This document shows, piece by piece, positions 56,594-64,000 of a stretch of DNA of 64,000 bases. Origin of the DNA: Lama guanicoe. Its lineage: Eukaryota. Within the stretch, counting starts at the first letter, position 1; the number at the start of each line of letters is the position of its first letter. The position numbers and the translations under genes were made by a program. Location: assembly GCA_013239625.1 (NCBI GenBank), contig MU056898.1:1455717-1519716 (forward strand), in the 5' to 3' direction. The notes beneath the pieces are model-generated. The model ran no database searches. It worked only from the letters and a program-made list of their open reading frames with translations, and was not told the DNA's origin.

Positions 56594-59249
56594 CGCCCTG
56601 AACTCCCTACGTGGCTGCTGGTGTAGTTTGCCTCCCTGGTCTGCTGGGCCAGCCTGCTCCCAGGCGGGCATAGTGGGGTGTCCATGTGGAGACACGAGGG
56701 TCCCCTTCCTCCCTGCTGCCCATCAGCTCCTCCTTCTGGCCACATCGGGAGGAGAGGTGCCGGGCACCAGGGCGAGAGGGACTTGCTGGGCGTCGCCCGC
56801 GGCTCAGCCTGTCAGGACTCAGGCGGACCAGTCTCCCCTCCCACCCTGGGCGGGCCGCAGGGCCCGAGACCCTCGGCTGCGCTCCAGGAACCTGGTGCAC
56901 CGGAGCCCGCCAGTGTCGTTACCACCCCTCCCGTCGCCGCAGAGCTGCGTGGGGTCCTGGCGTGGGGGCTACGCCAGAGAACTTGGCCTGGGGCCCCGTG
57001 GGACAGGGCCGTCTCCTGTGAGGGCCCCAGGGTGCCCCAGTCGGTGCTGCTTTCTCCAGGCCAGTGTCCCAGCTTTAAGAGTGAAGCCGTCCCCTCCCGC
57101 ACACTGACGCCCCCAGTCTCCCGTTGCTCCCTGTGAGCGCCCAGCACTCAGCAGGTGTCCGTCTCCCCTGTGCCCCTTCAGACAGGGTCCCCTGCCTGCC
57201 CGGGTCCCCCTCAGCAGGATCACCAGGGGGCGCTGTGATTGAAAACAGACCCAGGTCCTTCCAAACCTCAGTCATGAGGCCAGACAGGCCCTCGGGGACA
57301 GGACTGTGCCCCTCAGCCCAGAGCCCCCTGGTCGGCCACAGTCACCTGCCGCCAGGGAGCCGCGAGGCCCTCCCTCCTCCCTGGTCCCTGCTTCCACCAC
57401 TCAGATTCCCTGGTCCCTGAGCCCCTGACCGTCGGCCATCACGCTGCTGCCTGTATGACGACCCACAGTGTCCGAGTCCTGCCCGACCCTGGGTGGAGCC
57501 CCGGGACCCCTTGCCCCATGTGGCTTGTTTCTCGTGGGGCTCCTACTGCCCAGGTCAGGGGGCACGTGGAACTGGCCTGATGGCCACTCCTGGGGGCTGG
57601 AATGCAGCCCTGAGACCTGCCGCCCAGCCTGGGTGCCATGTGCAGGGTGCCCTGCCCGGAAGTGCCACAGCCCCGCCCGCTGGGCCGGGGTGATGGCCAC
57701 GGGGACACCCACGTGACCTGAAGTGCCACTGCCTCTCCCAGGACTGTGGGCAGGGAGTGCAGGCCCCTGGGTGTGGGAGGGTGGGGAGAGGAGTGTCTCC
57801 CCGGCCCTGGGCTCCGTGAGGGGCCCAGCTTTGGTGGGCCCTTGGGCCCCTTCCCGCCCGGTTCCCCCCGTGTCAGGGCCGAGGCCCCGGGGAGCTTTGG
57901 TGGGACACAGCCTGGGCTCTGTCTACCGAGGCCTGGCCTCCCCTCACCACAGGGTGGGTGGGGAAGGGACAAAGGGTAGCTGGCCATATGGGCGAGGGGA
58001 CTCCAACTGCTATCACCTTCAGGCGACGAAGGCAGACGTCCCAGCGGGACTAGGGGTGGGCGGCACCCACAGAACCCGAACTCACCAGGCTGGGCCCTGC
58101 AGTGTTACCTGCCAGGGGCGCCAGCGGGACCCTCGGGTCGGCACGGGGGAGGAGGAGGGGTTTGGGGAGGTGGGCAGGGCAGTGCTCCTCTACGGTCCTG
58201 TCACTGTCAGCGCTGCCCGGCCGTCTCTGTGTTCCACACGAGGAACTGAGGCCTGAGGAGGGGGCTCCGGGCTCTGGGTGACCAGCTGGAATGGGATCCT
58301 GGGGGCGCTGAGCGGGAGTCTGTGCCCCACCTCGTGTGGGGAGATGGGCATGCGCCCAGCCCAAGGCCGCGGGGAGAAGGGCCCGAGGTCCAGCTGATGC
58401 CGGGCGGGGGCGCGGCCTTGCGTGAGTGCGGGGTGAGTGTGAGGGCGTGTGCAGGCCGAGGGAGGACCCCCAGGGTCCCGATGCCTCACCTGGGTCTCAC
58501 CCGGCCTGCTCCTGTATACACGGTGTGAGCCGGGAGCCTGAGTCCCTGCTCTGCACCCCGTGCCCCAACTCCAGACCCCAGTGGCTGCCTGCCTCTCAGG
58601 CCTGAACATGGAGCCTGTGCCCCGACAGGGCGGGACGGGCCCCTGCTATCAAGAGGTAGAGGTCCGCAAGTACCACGCGCACAGCCAGTCAGAACCTCAG
58701 GGTCCCCACGCTTCTGCTCCAGCTCAGTCCCTTGTTGTGTCCCTGCTGAAGCCCAGGCTTGCCACCTCCCCTCCCACCACGAGGCCTTTGCACAGGTCTC
58801 TCCTCCTCTCACTGTCCACTGTGCCGGCTTCCACTCCATCCTCAGCTCTCAGCTCCTGTGGCACCTCCTCCAAGAAGCCTTCCTGCACACGGGGTCAGGT
58901 GCCTTCTTCCCCAGGGTCTGTATGTTCTGTTCGTCGCTCCAGCCAGGATGTGTAGCCTGGGGTGTGCAGAGCAGGTGTGGGGGTAAATGAAGTCCAGTCT
59001 CCTCCTAGAGCCCAACGTCCCAGACCTGGGGCGGGAGCCAGGGCCGGGGAGGACTGCGGCAAAGATGTGAAGCCTGTATGTCCCACCCAAGCTCCCAGCC
59101 CCGGGCTCTCGCCTGGCTCAGAGCAGCCCACAGCCCACCAAGTCCTGGGAGATTGACCACTCACGGGCTGGGTTTGGGGAACGGGGTCCTTGAGTGTCAG
59201 GAAGGTGGTGAGGTACATGGGGTGGGGCGGGGACCACTTGGGCTTCAGT

Positions 59250-59320
59250 CCTTGACACGTGACCCTGGGCAGCTGGACTCCCCTTGGGCCTCAGTTTACC
59301 TCCCATTAGGAGGGGCTGCC
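59250..59320. mobile_element. MIR fragment
   Basis: 'gtgaccctgggcag...ccttgggcctcagtttacctc'. Confidence 0.5.
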
Positions 59321-60789
59321 CTCACCCACCCGACAAGACAAGGGAGGTTATCGGAGCTGAGGCGTCCCACGGGAGTCCTGCCGAGCCCCTCAGTGCCCGG
59401 GGAGGGGCCTGCAGTGCCAGGTCTAGGCAAGATCAAAGGGCACCCAGGCCTCAGGCTTCCTTCACCAGGTGGGGCGGGGTGGGGCCAGGCGAGGTGTTCC
59501 CATGGTGACGAGCTCACCTGGCTCCCTGTGGCCTCAGAACAAACGCCTCCTGGTTTCATTTTCAGTCCTGGGAAGGGGTAGACCTTGACCTTCAAACAGG
59601 CCAGACAGCCAGCGGCTGGCAGGGGACCAGAGAGGCGTGGGCAGCCGGGGCCCCAGGGCCCCTGAGTCCTCCCCACAAAGGCTGCGCAGAGCCGGTGCCC
59701 AGCGCTCAGCCTGGGAGGGCTGCCCAGGGGTCCTGGGCCAGGACCCCCCCCGCCGGTTTCCTCCCTCAGAGCAACTTAAAACCACCTGAGCGGGGCCGGG
59801 GCAGGCAGAGGTGGGGTCATTTCGGGTGTCTGGGCAGGGAAGAGCATGGGTGACACCCCCAGGACCTGCCGCACCATCCCTCCCTGGGGAAGTGGCGTGC
59901 TCGGAAGGCTCTAGGGAGGACAGGTCACAGTTCTCACCCAGGGTCCCCTCCCCGGTCCAGGCCCCTGGCCCAGCGCCAGACCCAGGTGGGGCCCCAGGGG
60001 CCCCGGGCTTAGGTTCCCTGCGGGAGTTGGGAAGGGCTGTTCGGGGCAGGTGAGGTGTCAACTGGGTCTTGAAAGGCTGAGGAGGAGCGTTCCAGGTGGG
60101 ACTCGCAGCTCGGCAGTCTGCAGTCGGGCACAGGCTGGCGTGCGGGTGGTGATCCCGCAGCCTGGTCTCCTGTTGGTGCCCTCCCCGCGTAGAGTTAGGC
60201 CTGCAGCGGCCTGTGGGGCTCGGTGGGGAGGGAACAAGGGGTGGGCCTGGCATGTAGTCGGGCTCAGCAGGCCTTTGCCCAGGGAACAGTCACCGGCCAT
60301 GCACAGGGGAACAGTAGGACTGGGGCTGGACTTCTGGCTGCAGAGCCCAGGGCCCCCCACCCCTCCGAAGGGGGATCAGCTGCTGACCGTGGTGCCCTGC
60401 ACACCTGGACGGCTGCCACCGCCCTCAGCCTCCAGGGGTCCTCCTGAGATGCTGAGTTGCAGTTGGGGCGCTGGGGTGGGCCGGCTGGGTCCCAAAGACC
60501 CCTCGGACACTTTCATCCCTGGTCAGCCTCACAGGAGCACCCAGGCAGAGTTCCAGCCAGGAGAGCCTTTGCGGTGGCAAAGCACGGGGCCCCCAGCCCC
60601 AGGCCAGCCACCCTAGGTCTCCCCGCCCCAGGCTGCCTCGCCCTGAACCTTCATCTGCCTTCCACCCACTGGAGCCCCCCAGCCCTGTTCCCCTGAAGGC
60701 GAGGGATAGCCTTGAATGACCCCTCACCCCGACCTGGGACAGCACGGAGAGATAGCCCAGGACTGTAACACCAGCCCAGCCATCCCTGG

Positions 60790-60925
60790 CTGTGGCCTCG
60801 GGCAAGTCCTCCCCCTCTGAGGGCTGGTTTCCACGTCTACAAAATGGGCATGAAAACAGTGCCTGAGTCTCAGGGTGCGGTGAGCACCGGCCGGCACAGA
60901 GGAAGTGCTCAGGGAAGGGTGTCTG
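60790..60925. mobile_element. MIR fragment
   Basis: 'gtggcctcgggcaagtc...ggtttccacgtctacaaaatggg...ggcacagaggaagtgctca'. Confidence 0.55.
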
Positions 60926-61080
60926 TCACTGTAAGCTGCTTGATGAAGAGAGGTGCTGCGACATGGCCAAGGACACACAGCCATCGGAGGCAGGGCTGGG
61001 CTTCCGTCCACCCTGGCCCTGCTGCCTGCTGCCCCACCAGCCCCTGCAAGGTGTTAACAGGGACGGGAGGGCCAGGCCCC

Positions 61081-61580
61081 ATTACAAGGGGTTCCTATAA
61101 ATGGCATGAGGAGGATTAATAATGTATTTATAACACATCGTCACGGTAGCCGAAAATGATCTATAAATGTGCGGTAAATGTTTTATAATGTTTTTGTAAC
61201 CCGTTATAAATGATAAATGGCAGACTATAGATGCCGGATCAAATATTTATAACGCATTGTGTGCGACGCTGGGCTGCTACAGTTCAGGAAAGCCATTAAT
61301 AATAAAGTGGATGGAAATGTAAAAGTTACCGACGTGCCCAGCAAAGCCATTTGTAATGAAATGCGAAGTTCGGCTGTGGGAGGCAGCCCATGAGCCCTGC
61401 CGAAGCACCGGCCAGGCTCCCCCAGAGCCCGGGCAGGGAGCGGCTCGTGAATTATTTGCAAGGACTTCCGACGAGGATGTATACTATCCATAGCAGGCCG
61501 TATAAATATGCTATTAATATACCCCAGGCAGCATGCATTATTCACTGGGCCTAATTAATTAATGGTAGCCCCTTAAAATG
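61081..61580. promoter_or_regulatory. AT-rich homeodomain-motif cluster, candidate conserved developmental enhancer
   Basis: Seven TATAAA/TTTATA motifs and several TAAT/ATTAAT motifs in a non-repeat-like AT island within GC-rich DNA. Confidence 0.6.
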
Positions 61581-62779
61581 GGGTGTCACAGCTTCCAGCT
61601 CTCTCCTGCCTGGGGCCTTGGCATCCTCAGCTGCCCGAGTGAGCAGTCGGCTGACCTGACCATGGCCTTGGGAGAGGGGGAAGGAGGGGACACCCCTTGC
61701 ACAGCCTGCTGTGACGCCGGCGTGACCCCCAACGTCATTCATCTGTGGTCGGTGAGGGGCTGGCGTCCATCCGGGGGGCTCTGCTCACTCCCCGCCCCCC
61801 CGAGCATCCATCTCCCACGATGGCCAGCACGGGCTGGGCACTTCCACAGGTCAGCCCTGGTGCAACTGGGACCGGGGCACCCATCTTACCATATAGATGA
61901 GGAGGCTCGGAAGTTCGGAGCCTTGGACAGAGTGACAGGGCAAAGCCGAGCTGAGTGAGGATTCCAGCAGGGCTCCCAGGTCTGTTCTGTGCGACACTCG
62001 CTTGGTAAGACCCTCCAGTAGCAGGGGTTCCGTGGGTACGTCACTTTGGGAACCCCTGTGGCAGCTCCCTTGGGAGGCAGGGTGCATGGCAGGGGATGAA
62101 GGCTCTGAGAAGTCCTGTGGGAAGGGCCGCACGGGCGGGTACTGCCCGGTCTTTTCTCTCACCTCCCCCCACCGCCACACACACACCACACACACTTTCC
62201 CTCTGCTGCGAGGGCTCAGGGCACCGCCAGCTCAGCTGTGTTTGAACAGGCGCCCCTGCTTCCATTCCAGCTCAGTCCATCAGCCCCGGTCAGATCTGTT
62301 GCTTGGGGTTAAAACCACCAGTTGAAGGGTTTGCAGACCCCACCCCACCACTCCAAGGTGTGATTCCGGATGCTCGCCACCATGAACCCTGGAGGGGTCC
62401 GGTCACCATCGCATCCTCCTGGAGCTGGCTTTGGAGGTGCATATTAGTGATGCCTCTGGCCGGGTCCTCCGTGGTCTCCACCACTGTCCCTGCTGGCCTC
62501 CCAGGGAAGGGGCCCCCATCGTCACTGAGAGGGTCTGAACACACGCTGGAAGGAGGACCCTCCCTCATGCCAGGACCGGGGCTCCTCAGTCCCAGTTCTG
62601 CCTGGCAGATCGGGTGCTTCCTTCTCTTCTGGGAACCTCATTTTCTTGAGCTGCAGAGTAGGTAGAGTCAGCCCACTTTTAAAGGGTGGCTGTAAGTTTT
62701 CTGTGAGAAAGCGGGTGTGAAGATGACAGAAGAGGCAGAGCAGGGGGGCCTGCTGGGCACTCCCCACCCCGTTCCCCAG

Positions 62780-63720
62780 CTGCACCCAGCTCTCCTGCCC
62801 TGCGCCTTCACTCCTTGGATGCTTGTCTGTGACTTTCTTCCACTTCGGGGCCTTTGCATGTGCTCTCCTCCTGCCTGGAACATTCTCCCCTTTCCTCTGC
62901 GACAAGTCAATTCCCACTTATCCTCTAGGTCTCAGGCCGCAGTGCTCCCTCCCCAGGGAAGCCATCTCTGGCCTTCTGGACCAAGACAGAGGCCCCTCTT
63001 TCACCATAACGGCACTGTGCATCCCCTTGGAGCTCTGTCATGGGGCAATCTGGGGTTCATCTGGGTATGTGTATCAGTCAGGGTAAAAGTGTGCTAACAA
63101 ACAGGTCCCAAAGTTCCAGCAACTGAACCCAGCGCACATTTATTTCTCAGTCACCCAGAGGCCAACACGGACATCCCTGGTCAGCGGTGGCCTTCTGCCT
63201 AACGCTGCAGTGCCCCAGCTCCTCTATCTGGTGCCCGTCATTTGCATCCAGCCAGCAGGTCGGGGAAGATAGTGAGTCTAGAGGAGCACATATCACCTCC
63301 ATTGGCCAGAACTCAGCCACGCAGCCCCACGTACCTGCAAGGGAGGCTGGAAATGTTGGGCCAGGCAGAGAAAATAGTGAGTGCAAAGGTCCTGGGGAAG
63401 GAACATGAGTACGTCCAAGGGGCAGTCATAGGAGGGGAGGTGGGAGAGATAACGACTGGGGAAAGGTTGGATGGCCCATTTTAAGGACAGTACTTTCCTT
63501 GTGAGTGAGGTGGGGAGGGGCTGGAGGAGGGGTTTGAGAAGTGGGGGGAGGTTCTGGCTCCTGCAATCAAAGATTTTGGGTTGAGAATAGACTGTAGGTG
63601 GCAAGGCAGACGCAGAGGCACAGTTAGAAGATTCCTGTAGAAATTTAGGCTCACACCAACTGGTGCCTGTGGAGGTGGTGGCAGTGGTCAGCTTCCTGCT
63701 GGACCGGACGTGGGCAGTGA
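62780..63720. mobile_element. L2 fragments flanking an MLT1-type LTR fragment (~63070-63380)
   Basis: 'gggcctttgcatgtgct...ctgcctggaacattctcccc' is L2-like; 'cacctccattggccagaactcagccac...acctgcaagggaggctggaaatgt' is old MLT1-like. Confidence 0.6.
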
Positions 63721-64000
63721 GAGGACAGCCAGCAAGGAGCCTGCCCAGGTTTGTGGCCCAGCAACTGGCAGGACCATGTGGTCCGGCTGTGGGTGGGGCT
63801 GGCTGAAGGGCTGAGAGGACCAGGAGTGGCTAAGGGCAGGGGACCAGCGGGCAGAGGTTCTGAGGCTGGAAGGAGCAGAGCAGGTGTGGGAGGGTGGGGC
63901 CAAGGAGCAGCAGATGTGCCAAGGGGCCCAGATTTCACTCAGAGTGCTGCAGAGGCCAAGCAGGGGAGGGCTTGTCTGACTAGCTTTTAGAAAAATCCCT

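Noticed and set aside
61090-61310. TATA boxes or poly(A) signals of an unannotated gene
   Set aside because: Motifs occur on both strands in many copies with no linked exon or ORF; a homeodomain site cluster fits better.
1-64000. Hundreds of 60-460 aa six-frame ORFs, including long antisense ORFs (e.g. 43522-44823, 41494-42624, 31386-32174)
   Set aside because: Pro/Gly/Arg/Ala-rich low-complexity translations are expected in GC-rich DNA with few stop codons. Many are shadows of INTS1 or MAFK exons, and none has a recognisable domain.
56700-64000. Exons of MICALL2 (expected next gene by synteny)
   Set aside because: No CH/LIM-domain coding sequence or clear promoter CpG island recognised; the gene probably begins beyond the window.
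1-64000. CRISPR arrays, operons, prophage or defence systems; intronic snoRNA/miRNA genes
   Set aside because: This is spliced mammalian DNA with no regular repeat-spacer array. I saw no convincing C/D or H/ACA structure by eye; an Rfam/Infernal scan would be needed to exclude small RNAs.

Overview
GC-rich mammalian genomic DNA, syntenic with human 7p22.3. It is most likely camelid, judged from its tRNA-derived SINE family. The window holds two head-to-head protein-coding genes. (1) MAFK (small Maf bZIP) is on the minus strand: coding exons at 1142-1177 and <1-381 (running off the window), with its CpG-island promoter at ~8.2-9.4 kb and exon 1 probably inside an N-gap. (2) INTS1 (Integrator subunit 1) is on the plus strand: 48 inferred exons, ATG 27850, stop 56323-56325, ATTAAA at 56588, ~2186 aa if the gap-hidden exon 11 is 177 nt. 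The rest is intronic or intergenic DNA with SINEs, old L1/L2/MIR fragments, MaLR and MER21-like LTRs, MER2/MER20 DNA transposons and four N-gaps. Nearly all of the supplied six-frame ORFs are GC-rich noise. I cannot support a new protein-coding system here. The best leads are regulatory: an AT-rich CDX/HOX-type motif island at ~61.1-61.6 kb; divergently oriented CTCF-like motifs, three sharing an identical 15-mer; tandem RFX X-boxes in MAFK intron 1; a perfect CNC-sMaf/ARE site in INTS1 intron 43; two GC-AG introns; a candidate overlapping uORF in INTS1; and an unexplained 3'UTR-like insert splitting a MER20. Repeat family names come from recalled consensus sequences, not a database search, so repeat boundaries are approximate.
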